Shown piece after piece: positions 19,024 through 27,994 of a stretch of 64,000 nt of DNA. The stretch is from Dehalococcoidia bacterium (GTDB taxonomy: Bacteria > Chloroflexota > Dehalococcoidia > UBA2979), in assembly GCA_963667465.2 (NCBI GenBank), contig CAXXDN010000001.1, forward strand, positions 672,001 to 736,000. The letters run 5' to 3'. Both the position numbers and the translations under genes were made by a program. The notes under the pieces were generated by a model. It saw only the letters and a list, made by a program, of their open reading frames with translations. It ran no database searches and was not told the origin of the DNA. Position 1 is the stretch's first letter, and each line of letters begins with the position of its first letter.

Positions 19024-19194
19024 CTATAGACGACGCACTCCTGGCAGCATCGCCATCTTGCGGTCCAACGTCAGAACCTCGAGGCCCGTGCGGGAGTATT
19101 CGTCGGCGATGAGACGGTCGAGCAAGCCCGCGCCGCCGGAAGCCTCAAGGGCCGCGAAGACCGCGCGCCCGACCCCGCCCCGCGAACGGAGCAC
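19024..19194 (-). pseudogene. C-terminal remnant of a PIN-domain toxin
   Basis: Translates ...GAGLLDRLIADEYSRTGLEVLTLDRKMAMLPGVRRL*; an upstream in-frame TGA removes the N-terminal D/E catalytic part. Confidence 0.65.
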
Positions 19195-19245
19195 TCACCC
19201 CAGGCCTCGAGGCGACTACGATGCCCCCGCGCGCCCAGGCTGCGA

Positions 19246-19668
19246 ATGGAGGCGACGATGGACCCCGCGGACCGGCAGGCGATTCATGACCTGATCGCTG
19301 ACTACTGTTACACCTTCGACACGGCCGACCACGACGCCTTCGCCGCGCTGTTCAGCGAGGACGCCGTCTTCGGCCGCGCCGGCAGCGAGGTGAGCGGCCG
19401 CGAGGCGATCCGCGAGCTGGTGAGCAACCGCTGGGTCGAGGAGCCGACGCCGCGCCGGCACATGGTCTCCAACATCCGGCTGCAGGAGCCGGACGCCGAT
19501 GGCAGCGTGCGCGGCAAGGCGATGTTCCTCGTCACAATCGCGACGACCGGAGAGTCGCGCGCACGCATCCTGGCGACCGGCTGGTACGACGACGTCTACG
19601 TGCGGACCGCCGAGGGCTGGAAGTTCCGCTACCGCGTCAACCACGTGGATCCGCGGGCGAGGGCGTAA
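19246..19668 (+). CDS. NTF2-like/SnoaL-like protein
   Basis: DRQAIHDLIADY...FSEDA...RRHMVSN...GWYDD...GWKF. Confidence 0.88.
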   Translation: MEATMDPADRQAIHDLIADYCYTFDTADHDAFAALFSEDAVFGRAGSEVSGREAIRELVSNRWVEEPTPRRHMVSNIRLQEPDADGSVRGKAMFLVTIATTGESRARILATGWYDDVYVRTAEGWKFRYRVNHVDPRARA

Positions 19669-19692
19669 TCCGCTCAGTCCGGTCAGTGAGCG

Positions 19693-20040
19693 CTAGAGCT
19701 GGCCTCGTTCGAGGGCGGTGATTCGGGCCTCGTGTCCGCGGACGACCTGCTTCACCTCGGCCATGTCCTGGAGGAGCACCACCTGGCCCTCGGCCAACTG
19801 GGCGACGTCCCGCCGCAGGAGCGTGAAGTCACCGCGAAGATCGGCGAACTCCCCGCGCAGTAGCGTGAAGTCCTCGCGAAGCTCGGTGAAGTCCCCACGC
19901 AGGCGTGTGAAGTCTGCACGCAGCTCGGTCACGTCCTCGCGCAGTTGCGTGACATCGCGGGCGAGGGGCGCGATCTCCTCGCGGACGACCTGACGCACGA
20001 CGTCCAGCGGGACCGATCCGTTGGAACTCTGCTCGGGCAC
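19693..20040 (-). CDS. Heptad-repeat coiled-coil protein (start uncertain, 20040 or 20085)
   Basis: About 8 tandem 7-aa units: VTQLRED VTELRAD FTRLRGD FTELRED FTLLRGE FADLRGD FTLLRRD VAQLAEG. Confidence 0.7.
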   Translation of the reverse strand: MPEQSSNGSVPLDVVRQVVREEIAPLARDVTQLREDVTELRADFTRLRGDFTELREDFTLLRGEFADLRGDFTLLRRDVAQLAEGQVVLLQDMAEVKQVVRGHEARITALERGQL

Positions 20041-20103
20041 GAGGCCTCTCTCTTGGGGAGCAGCATCGTAGCATGCCCGTGCCATCGAATCGAGGGCGGG
20101 TTG

Positions 20104-22602
20104 CTATGTCCCGGCGAGCGCCGCCCGGGGGATGAGCCGCACTGCACCGGACTCCGCGAGGTGGGCGATCTCCGCCTCCTCGTAGCCCGCCTCGGCGAGC
20201 ACCTCGGCGCCGTGCTGGCCGAGCAGCGGCGGTGGGAGGCGCAGCGAGGCGAGTCCGTCCTCGAAGCCCCAGGGCACGTTGAGCGTGCGCAGCGGGCCGA
20301 GCGTGGGGTGGCCCTCGATCGTCTGCACCATGCCCAGCGCCTCGGTCTGCGCGTCCGCGAGCAGCGAGCGCAGGTCGTGCATGCGCACGATTGTGTAGCC
20401 GAGCTCGTCCTGCACCAGGGTGCGCAGCTCCTCGAAGGGGATCTCGCGCGTGCGGTCGTTCACCAGCGGCGGCAGCAGGTGGAGGTTGCGCATCAGCCTG
20501 TCCGGCGCCTCGTAGCGCGGGTCGAGGAGCACCTCGGGGCGGTCGATGGCGATCAGGAACTTCGCCCAGGCGCCCTCGTCCCCGCGCATCGTGATCAGCG
20601 CGTGGCCGTCGGCGGTCTCGAAGCCGTGGTCGGGCTCCTCATCGGCGCCGGTGAGCGGACGGCCGACGCGATCCTCGACGGCCAGTTCGGCGCTGATCGT
20701 CCACTGGTGCTTCGCGATGAAGGCTTGCAGCAGCGAGGTCTGGACGTGCTGCCCCAGGCCGTGCCGCTCGCGCCAGAGCAGCGCCGTCAGCACCCCGTGC
20801 ACCCCGGCGATGCCCGCACCCACCGAGGCGAGGTCGTAGCCGTAGCGCACCGGCGGCTCGGAGGCGCGCCCGAGGTGCCGGTTGGAGCCGACGACGGCCT
20901 GCACGTCCAGCTCGCTCGCGGGCGCCTCGGCCAGCGGCCCCTCGGCGCCCTGCCCGCTGATCGAGAGATAGATCAGCCGCGGATAGCGCTCCGAGAGCTC
21001 CTCGTAGCCGAGGCCAAGGCGCTCCATCACGCCCGGCCGGTAGCCCTCGATCAGCACGTCGGCGTCGGCGAGCAGTCGCTCGAGGACGGCCCTGCCAGCG
21101 GGCGACTTGAGGTCGAGCGCGATGCCGCGCTTGTTGCGGTTGAGCTGCAGGTAGAGTGCGCTCTCCGGCTCGCCCTCCGCCGGGGTGTGCTGTGCTTCCA
21201 GGAACGGGCCGATCTCGCGGATCCAATCGCCCTCGGGTGGCTCGATCTTGATCACGTCCGCCCCGAGGTCGCCGAGCTGCATCGCGCAGATCGGCCCGGA
21301 CACCCCCTGCGAGAGGTCGAGCACGCGCAGCCCCGCGAGCGCGCCCGAGGGCCCGGGCGCCTCCGAGCGGGCCGCCGTGGCGCCGTTGCCGCGCGCGCCG
21401 TTGCTCGCGCCGGGCGCCGATCGTGGCAGCGCTGCCACCTCGTCCTTGAGCTCGCGCAGCACCTCGTCTGTGTGTTGACCCTGTGCGGGCGAGGGGCCCG
21501 TGATGCGCGCCCGGGACTTGTCGAAGCGCCAGTGTGGCTCGGCCGTGCCCATCTCGCCCCAGGGCGTGTCCATGACACTCAGGAAGCGCTGCCCGCTGGC
21601 CTGCGGGTGCGCCAGCAGGCCAGCGATCAGCGGCAGCCCCGTCCGCACCTCCGAGGCGGGCACGCGGGCGGCGCGCAACCGCTCGACCCACTCCGCGGCG
21701 GTCCGCTCGGCGAAGGCCGCCTCCAGCAGCGGGATCAGCGCCTCGCGGCGCGCGACGCGCAGCGCGTTGCTCGCGAAGCGCGGGTCGGCGGCGAGGTCCG
21801 GGCGCGCGATGGCTTCGCAGAGCCGGGTCCAGAGGCGCTGGTTGAGCGCGCTGACGGCGACGTAGCCCTCGGCGGTGGCGAACGACTGATCGGGCACGAT
21901 GTTGCTGCGCGCGCTGCCGAGGCGCGGCGGCGGCTCGCCGGTCGCGAGGTACTCGGCGATGCGCGTGGTCGCGCCGAACATCGTGGACTGCAGCTGCGAG
22001 TTCTGGATCCGCAGCCCCCGGCCGGTGCGTTCGCGCACCCAGAGCGCGACGAGCAGCGACTCGAGGTTGACGGCCGCCCCGTTCCAGTCGATCGAGGGCG
22101 TCCCGCGCGAGAACTCGGGCGGTCCGCCCGGCTGGCCGTTGAGGCTGGTCGCGCCACCCGCGGCCTGCGAGAACCACTCGTTGCTGGTCATGCCGACCAT
22201 CGGGCCGACCGGGCCGAAGGCGGAGCTTTGCAGGTAGATCAGGCGTGCGTTGAGCTCCTGCAGGCGCTCCCAGCCGAGCCCAAGCCGCTCCATCACGGCG
22301 GGCGAGCGGAAGTTCTCGATCAGCACGTCGGCGGTGCGGATCAGGTCCTCGGCGCGTGCGAACTCCTTGGGCTGCTTGAGGTCGAGCACGATGCCGCGCT
22401 TGCCGAGGTTGTTGCCGAGGAAAGTGTGGCCCATGCCACGCAGTTCGGGGCGGGTGCGGCGCACCATGTCGCCCTGCGGCGACTCCACCTTGATCACGTC
22501 CGCGCCGAGCCACGCGAGGTACTCGGCGGCGACCGGGCCGACGGCGGCCTGCCCGAGATCGAGCACGCGGATGCCGGTCAGCGGCGCTTCGAGTTCGCCC
22601 AT
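20104..22602 (-). CDS. Fused two-domain class III CoA-transferase (832 aa)
   Basis: Two complete CaiB modules (GADVIKVES..NLGKRG and GADVIKIEP..NRNKRG) joined by an Ala/Gly linker; GGAGG RBS before 22602. Confidence 0.9.
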   Translation of the reverse strand: MGELEAPLTGIRVLDLGQAAVGPVAAEYLAWLGADVIKVESPQGDMVRRTRPELRGMGHTFLGNNLGKRGIVLDLKQPKEFARAEDLIRTADVLIENFRSPAVMERLGLGWERLQELNARLIYLQSSAFGPVGPMVGMTSNEWFSQAAGGATSLNGQPGGPPEFSRGTPSIDWNGAAVNLESLLVALWVRERTGRGLRIQNSQLQSTMFGATTRIAEYLATGEPPPRLGSARSNIVPDQSFATAEGYVAVSALNQRLWTRLCEAIARPDLAADPRFASNALRVARREALIPLLEAAFAERTAAEWVERLRAARVPASEVRTGLPLIAGLLAHPQASGQRFLSVMDTPWGEMGTAEPHWRFDKSRARITGPSPAQGQHTDEVLRELKDEVAALPRSAPGASNGARGNGATAARSEAPGPSGALAGLRVLDLSQGVSGPICAMQLGDLGADVIKIEPPEGDWIREIGPFLEAQHTPAEGEPESALYLQLNRNKRGIALDLKSPAGRAVLERLLADADVLIEGYRPGVMERLGLGYEELSERYPRLIYLSISGQGAEGPLAEAPASELDVQAVVGSNRHLGRASEPPVRYGYDLASVGAGIAGVHGVLTALLWRERHGLGQHVQTSLLQAFIAKHQWTISAELAVEDRVGRPLTGADEEPDHGFETADGHALITMRGDEGAWAKFLIAIDRPEVLLDPRYEAPDRLMRNLHLLPPLVNDRTREIPFEELRTLVQDELGYTIVRMHDLRSLLADAQTEALGMVQTIEGHPTLGPLRTLNVPWGFEDGLASLRLPPPLLGQHGAEVLAEAGYEEAEIAHLAESGAVRLIPRAALAGT

Positions 22603-22752
22603 GACGCCTCCGGGCGGTGGGGGTCTCGTGGCTCGTGAGTATACGAAGGCTGGCCGTGGGCGCGCAGCGGTCCGTCCTTCCTCACCGCCCATCCACGCCG
22701 CCGGCGGGCAGCCGCTAGGCTTCGCTCGGCGGTGAGCGCGGAGGAGGACGGG

Positions 22753-23187
22753 ATGATCACCTACGTCGACCACATCGGGATCGTGTCGCACAGCCTCGAG
22801 CAGGCCGGCGAGGTGCTGGTCGAGCGGCTCGGCCTCGCCTGGGACACTGACCGCGCGCCCATGCCCGAGGGCGGCTACTTCGCGCCGGAGCGCACGCGCA
22901 TCTTCTTCGTGCGGGTCGGCGTCGGCGAGACGAAGATCGAGATCCTGCTGCCCGACGACGCGCGGAGCGGCATCGGGCGGTACCTCGAGCGTCGGGGGCC
23001 GGGGCTGCACCACATCGGCTACGGCAGCGACGATGTGGTCGCCGACACGCAGCAGTTCATCGACAACGGCCTGCGCTACATCGACTTCGGCGAGCCGATC
23101 GAGGACATCACGGCCTCCTTCTTCCACCCCGCCTCGGCCAACGGCATCCTCACCGAGATCGTCCGCGACCGCCGCCCCGTCCACTGA
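22753..23187 (+). CDS. VOC family protein, methylmalonyl-CoA epimerase-like
   Basis: DHIGIV, KIEILLP, GPGLHHI, FFHPASANGILTE. Confidence 0.85.
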   Translation: MITYVDHIGIVSHSLEQAGEVLVERLGLAWDTDRAPMPEGGYFAPERTRIFFVRVGVGETKIEILLPDDARSGIGRYLERRGPGLHHIGYGSDDVVADTQQFIDNGLRYIDFGEPIEDITASFFHPASANGILTEIVRDRRPVH

Positions 23188-23237
23188 TCGACGTGGGTGC
23201 GTCCGCCGGGCGTCCGATAAGCGGTAGACTCCGGGCG

Positions 23238-24776
23238 ATGCCGGACTTGGCCGACCACATCGCGCGCATCGCGCAGGATGAAGCGCTCCCGCAGCGCGTC
23301 GAGGAGGCCGCGCGCCAGACGGCGGTGCTTCCTGTCCTCGCTGCGCTGGGCTGGGACTGCTGGGACGGCAACGAGGTGACGCCGGAGTTCGAGGTGCGCG
23401 GCGGACGTGTGGACTACTGCCTCCAGGTTCCCGGCCAGCGTCTCGTGCTCATCGAGGTGAAGCGCACGGGCGCGGACCTCAGCGGGCCCCCGGAGGAGCA
23501 ACTGTTGCGCTACGCCTTCGACGAGGGCGTGCCGCTGGCCGCGCTCACCGACGGTCGCGTGTGGTGGTTGTACCTGTCTACCGCGACCGGGAGCTGGGAA
23601 CAGCGCCGCTTCTTCAGCATCGACTTTCGTCAGCAGGAGGCCGCTCACGCCGCCGCCAGCCTTGAGCGCTTCCTGCGCCGGGACGCGGTGACGAGCGGGA
23701 AGGCGCTGGAGGAGGCTCGACGCGAGTTCGAGAGCCAGGAGCGCGATCGGCGTGTCCGAGCGGCGTTGCAGGAGGCCTGGAAGCAAGTGCTTGGCGACCC
23801 GAACGGACTGCTGCGTGACTTGCTCGCCGAGGAGGTCAGGGAGATCGCGGGGCACCGTCCCGAAGCGCAGACAATTGCCGACTTCCTGAGGAGCGTATCG
23901 GGCGACACATCCTGGGAAACTGAGCCGCCCCGCCCTCCACCGCGCCGGACTCGTTCGAGGCGACCTCAGGACGCCGAGTCGGCTGGTCAGGCTGCTCCCG
24001 CGAGCGAGCCTGAACGTGTCCGGCACAGGACGCCCGTAGCTCCTCCTTCCGCGAGCTTCACTGGCCGTCGTGTCGCAGCCTTCGAACTCGATGGCACCAA
24101 GCACGAGGTCACGAGTTGGCGGCGGCTCCTGCCGGTGATATGCGAGCAACTCGCGAGGCGGGCCGGGCCGGCGTTCGCGCGGCGTGTCGCCGAGCTGCGG
24201 GGCCGAACGCGGCCCTATTTCAGTGTGTCGGGCGCGGAACTCCGCATGCCGCTTGAGATCCCGGGTGCGGGCGTCCATGTCGAGGGGAATCTCAGCGCAA
24301 GGCAGGCGGAGCGGGTCGCCAGGCTCACCTTGCACGCCGTCCGTGGCTCAGACGAGGGCTTCCGCATCATCCTGGCCGGGGAGCCGGATCCCGCAGGTGA
24401 GGTCGCGTCCCCCGGCGGGGGGACGGCCGTCGCTCCTCCCACGACGGACTTCAAGGGTCGTCACCCTGCGGCGTTCTGGGTCGACGGCAACCGGTACGAA
24501 GTGGCCCTCTGGAACGAGGTTCTGCGCCGGACGTGTGAGCAATTGGCGCAGGAGGTAGGACCGGCATTCGCAGAGCGCGTCGCGCAGCTTCGGGGTCGGC
24601 AGCGGCTCTACTTCAGTTCGTCAACTGCCGATCTCAGGCAACCGCTCAGCATCCCCGGCACAGACCTCTACGTCGAGGGGAAGTGGAGTGCTGACGGGTG
24701 CGTGCGCCTCGCGAGTCGCGTGCTTGTCGCAGTCCGCGGGAGTGACGAGGGCTTCCGCATCGAACTCGCGGAGTAG
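23238..24776 (+). CDS. HsdR_N-like PD-(D/E)XK endonuclease fused to two tandem SeqA-like domains
   Basis: PEF...VDY...IEVKR...EEQLLRYAF...LTDG..W nuclease motifs; two ~105-aa repeats starting at 24054 and 24447 (393 bp apart). Confidence 0.8.
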   Translation: MPDLADHIARIAQDEALPQRVEEAARQTAVLPVLAALGWDCWDGNEVTPEFEVRGGRVDYCLQVPGQRLVLIEVKRTGADLSGPPEEQLLRYAFDEGVPLAALTDGRVWWLYLSTATGSWEQRRFFSIDFRQQEAAHAAASLERFLRRDAVTSGKALEEARREFESQERDRRVRAALQEAWKQVLGDPNGLLRDLLAEEVREIAGHRPEAQTIADFLRSVSGDTSWETEPPRPPPRRTRSRRPQDAESAGQAAPASEPERVRHRTPVAPPSASFTGRRVAAFELDGTKHEVTSWRRLLPVICEQLARRAGPAFARRVAELRGRTRPYFSVSGAELRMPLEIPGAGVHVEGNLSARQAERVARLTLHAVRGSDEGFRIILAGEPDPAGEVASPGGGTAVAPPTTDFKGRHPAAFWVDGNRYEVALWNEVLRRTCEQLAQEVGPAFAERVAQLRGRQRLYFSSSTADLRQPLSIPGTDLYVEGKWSADGCVRLASRVLVAVRGSDEGFRIELAE

Positions 24777-24796
24777 CGAAGCGCGGCGCGTGGAGC

Positions 24797-24859
24797 GCCT
24801 CCTCCGAGATCCAGCGCAACATCATCGCCACGCGCGGCCTCGGCCTCCCGCGCCGCTGA
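24797..24859 (+). pseudogene. 3'-terminal remnant of an acyl-CoA dehydrogenase gene
   Basis: Reads ASSEIQRNIIATRGLGLPRR*, the usual acyl-CoA dehydrogenase C-terminus; no upstream gene body. Confidence 0.75.
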
Positions 24860-24965
24860 GTACTGCGCCCTCGACGAATCCGATGTGAGTGCGGGGCCTG
24901 CGGGGTACCCCGCGTCCGGTCGTGCCCGCTTCCGCCGGCAAGGCACGTGCCGGGCACGCACCCCC

Positions 24966-25058
24966 GAGGGCGCAACAACCCATCGAGCCGGGAGTCAGCA
25001 TGGCGAGCGCCCTCACCCCCACCCCCACTCTCTCCCCCAGGAGAGGGGGCCGGAGGGG
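24966..25058 (+). repeat. REP-like element copy
   Basis: GAGGGCGCAACA...GGCGAGCGCCCTCACCCCC...CTCTCCCCCAGGAGAGGGGGCCGGAGGGG; the end is identical to the 8902 copy. Confidence 0.8.
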
Positions 25059-25081
25059 AGGGGGCGGACCGGCGGGCGGCG

Positions 25082-26443
25082 CTACTCCATGTCGCGGAGG
25101 CGCGGGACGAGGGCGTAAGCGGCAATGGCGGTCAGCACCAGCAGCGCTGAGAAGCTGCCGAGGCCGAACTGCGGCCCCACTACCTCCGAGATCAGGCCGA
25201 CGGCGAAGGCGCCGAGGGCCATCGTGCCGACCTGCATCATGAAGATGCTCGCCATCCGGCCCCGGTACGCGTCTTCGACGTGGGTGTGCAGCAGCACGTT
25301 GTTGAGCGCCTGCCGCCCTGCCTCGCCCAGCCCGACGATGCCCATGAGCAGCAGCGACAGCACGTAGTTCGAGGAGGCGGAGAACGTCGCCAGCCCCACG
25401 CCGGCCACCACCACGCTCAGCAGCAGCAGCTTCCCGCGCCTCCTCGGGGCCAGCGAGGCCAGCGCGAGCGCCCCTGCCAGCGAGCCAAGACCCGCGACGC
25501 TCATCATCAGGCCGAGCTGCGCCGCACCCCCGTTCAGCACGTCGGCGACGAAGCCCGGCAGGATGCGGATGTAGGGCATCCCCAGGAATGAGGTCACGAA
25601 GCTGAGCGCGAGCAGCAGGAACACCGTGGGGGTGCGCACAGCGTAGGAGATGCCTTCGCGGATCTCGCCGATGCCGCCGCGCCTGCTCGTCGCGCCCGGC
25701 TCCGGCGACCGCTTCGGTACGCGCAGGAAGAGGAGAATCGAGACCACGAACAGCGCGGTCATGAGCACGTAGACCCACTCCGCGCCGATGAGTGCAAGCA
25801 GGATCCCCCCGAACGTCGGCCCCAGCAGCCGCATGCTGTTCATCCCGGCCATGTTCAGCGAAACGGCGTTCTGCAGCCTCGAGGTGCCCACGATCTCCGG
25901 CGGCATCGATTGCAGCGCCGGGAAGATCAGGCCGCTGGTCGCCCCCTGTGCCATCGCCGCGATCAGCAGGTGCTCGTAGCGCAGCATGTCGGCGAAGAGC
26001 AGGACCGCCACGGCGGCCGCGGTCACGGCTCCGCCGAGCTCGCCGATCTGCACCATGACCCGTTTCGAGCTGCGGTCGGCCAGGACACCGCCGTAGAGGG
26101 AAAAGCCGAGCATTACCACGGACAGGAACAGCGCCATCGTCCCCAGCGCCGCGTATGAGCCAGTGAGCTCGAACACGAGATAGCCGCGGGCGAGCAGTTG
26201 CATGTTCATCGTCGCGTTGAGGCCCAGCGTTGCGATGAAGAACCAGCGGAAGTCGCGATCGTCCAGCGACTCGAAGGTGCGGGCCCGCCGCAGGCGGGCG
26301 AGCCGCGAGGTCGGCGTCGCGCGCTCGGGTCGCGCGTCGAGGCGCGTGCCGCCTCGCGAGGGCGTGTCGGGGCGATCGGCGTCGCGGTGCGGTGTATTCG
26401 TCGGCCCGTCCCCCGCGAGCAGCGGGCGGCCGGGTTCCGCCAT
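25082..26443 (-). CDS. MFS transporter (H+ antiporter-like)
   Basis: TFESLDDRDFRWFF, GGVLADR..KR, YRGR; about 12 TM. Confidence 0.9.
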   Translation of the reverse strand: MAEPGRPLLAGDGPTNTPHRDADRPDTPSRGGTRLDARPERATPTSRLARLRRARTFESLDDRDFRWFFIATLGLNATMNMQLLARGYLVFELTGSYAALGTMALFLSVVMLGFSLYGGVLADRSSKRVMVQIGELGGAVTAAAVAVLLFADMLRYEHLLIAAMAQGATSGLIFPALQSMPPEIVGTSRLQNAVSLNMAGMNSMRLLGPTFGGILLALIGAEWVYVLMTALFVVSILLFLRVPKRSPEPGATSRRGGIGEIREGISYAVRTPTVFLLLALSFVTSFLGMPYIRILPGFVADVLNGGAAQLGLMMSVAGLGSLAGALALASLAPRRRGKLLLLSVVVAGVGLATFSASSNYVLSLLLMGIVGLGEAGRQALNNVLLHTHVEDAYRGRMASIFMMQVGTMALGAFAVGLISEVVGPQFGLGSFSALLVLTAIAAYALVPRLRDME

Positions 26444-26521
26444 CGCCGCCCCTGATCGCTCCGCGAGGACTCGAAGCGGCCACCAGCCTAGCGCAGCGGC
26501 GGGCGATGGCGCGGCCGGGCG

Positions 26522-27886
26522 CTACTGGATCTCGCGCACGCGCGGCACGAAGAGGTGCACGACGATCGCGACCAGCACCAACAACACGGCGAAGCTGCCG
26601 AGGCCGACCTGCGGGCCCACGAACTCGGCGATCAGGCCGACGACGAAGGCGCCGAGCGCCATCGTGCCGACCTGCGTCATCAGCACGCTCATCACGCGGC
26701 CCCGGTAGGCGTCCTCCGCGTACTGGTGGATCAGCACCACGTTGAGCGCCTGCCGCCCCGCCTCACCCACCCCGACGACGAACATCAGGACGATCGAGAG
26801 CACGAAGATCGAGGATGCGGAGAACGCTGTCAGGCCGATGCCCATGACCACCATGCTCAGCAGCAGCAGCTTGCCGCGCCGCCTCGACCGCAGGGAGGCG
26901 AGCACGAGCGCGCCGGTCAGCGATCCGAGGCCCGCGAGGCTCATCAGGATGCCAAGCTGCGCCGAGTCCCCGTTGAGCACGTCGGCCACGAAGCCCGGCA
27001 TGAGGCGGATGTAGGGCATCCCCAGCAGCGACGTCGTGAAACCGATCGCCAGCAGCGAGAACACCGTCGGCGTGCGCCGGATGTACGTGAAGCCCTCGCG
27101 CAGCTCCCGGATGACGTTCGCGGCGCTCATCGAGCGCGGGCGCGGCGCGCGCTTCGGCACACGGGCGAGCAGGACGATCGAGATCACGAACAGCGCGGTC
27201 ATGATCGTGTACACCCACTCCGCCTCGGTCACCGCAAGCAGCACGCCGGCGAGGGCCGGCCCGAGCAGCCGCATGACGTTCATGTTCGCTGTGTTGAGCG
27301 AGACGGCGTTCTGCAGCAGCGAGTGCTGGACGATCTCGGGCGGCATCGCCTGGCGGGCCGGCATCATCAGGCCACTGGTCACGCCCTGCGCGAACGCCGC
27401 GATCAGGAGGTGCTCCCAGCGCAGCAGATCGGCGAACAGCAGCGCTGCGACGACCGCCGCGTTGATCGCAGCCGCGATCTGCCCCAGCTGGAGGATCATG
27501 CGCTTCGAGCGCCCGTCGGCGAGCACGCCCCCATAGAGCGAAAACGTCAGCATCGAGACGGCGTGCACCAGCGCGAGGGTGCCGAGGGCGGCGTAGGAGC
27601 CGGTCAGGTCGAAGACGAGGAAGCCGCGCGCCAGCATCTGCATGTTCATCGCCGCGTTCTGGCTGAATGAGGCGAAGAAGAACCAGCGGAAGTCGCGGTC
27701 GTGTAGCGAGGCGAAGGTCGGCGCGGCGGCGACGCCCCTGATCAGTTGAGCGGGCGTCGGGAGCCCTTCCGCGTCCGCGTCCGGGCGCTGGCCCTCGTGC
27801 GAGGGCGCGTCCTCGCGGTCGTCGTCGCGGCGCTGTGCAGTCGTCGGCGCGCTCCCTCGCGAGCGGCCGGCGGGAGACGGCCGCAG
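26522..27886 (-). CDS. MFS transporter, tandem paralogue; probable CTG start at 27886 (first ATG at 27649)
   Basis: Frame stays open upstream of 27649 and encodes TFASLHDRDFRWFF as in the paralogue; the start is inferred. Confidence 0.8.
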   Translation of the reverse strand: MRPSPAGRSRGSAPTTAQRRDDDREDAPSHEGQRPDADAEGLPTPAQLIRGVAAAPTFASLHDRDFRWFFFASFSQNAAMNMQMLARGFLVFDLTGSYAALGTLALVHAVSMLTFSLYGGVLADGRSKRMILQLGQIAAAINAAVVAALLFADLLRWEHLLIAAFAQGVTSGLMMPARQAMPPEIVQHSLLQNAVSLNTANMNVMRLLGPALAGVLLAVTEAEWVYTIMTALFVISIVLLARVPKRAPRPRSMSAANVIRELREGFTYIRRTPTVFSLLAIGFTTSLLGMPYIRLMPGFVADVLNGDSAQLGILMSLAGLGSLTGALVLASLRSRRRGKLLLLSMVVMGIGLTAFSASSIFVLSIVLMFVVGVGEAGRQALNVVLIHQYAEDAYRGRVMSVLMTQVGTMALGAFVVGLIAEFVGPQVGLGSFAVLLVLVAIVVHLFVPRVREIQ

Positions 27887-27994
27887 CTGGTGGTCCTCGG
27901 AGGACTCGAAGTGGGGCCTAGCCTAGCGCAGGGTTGAGTCAGGGGCTGCGGCCGGTCCGGGTGGGGCTGGGCCTGGGGGCGCCCTGCCTGCGCC

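Noticed and set aside
22603-23184. 194-aa N-terminal extension of the fused CoA-transferase in the ORF track
   Set aside because: It is antisense to the VOC gene; an RBS and a TATACT -10 support the start at 22602.
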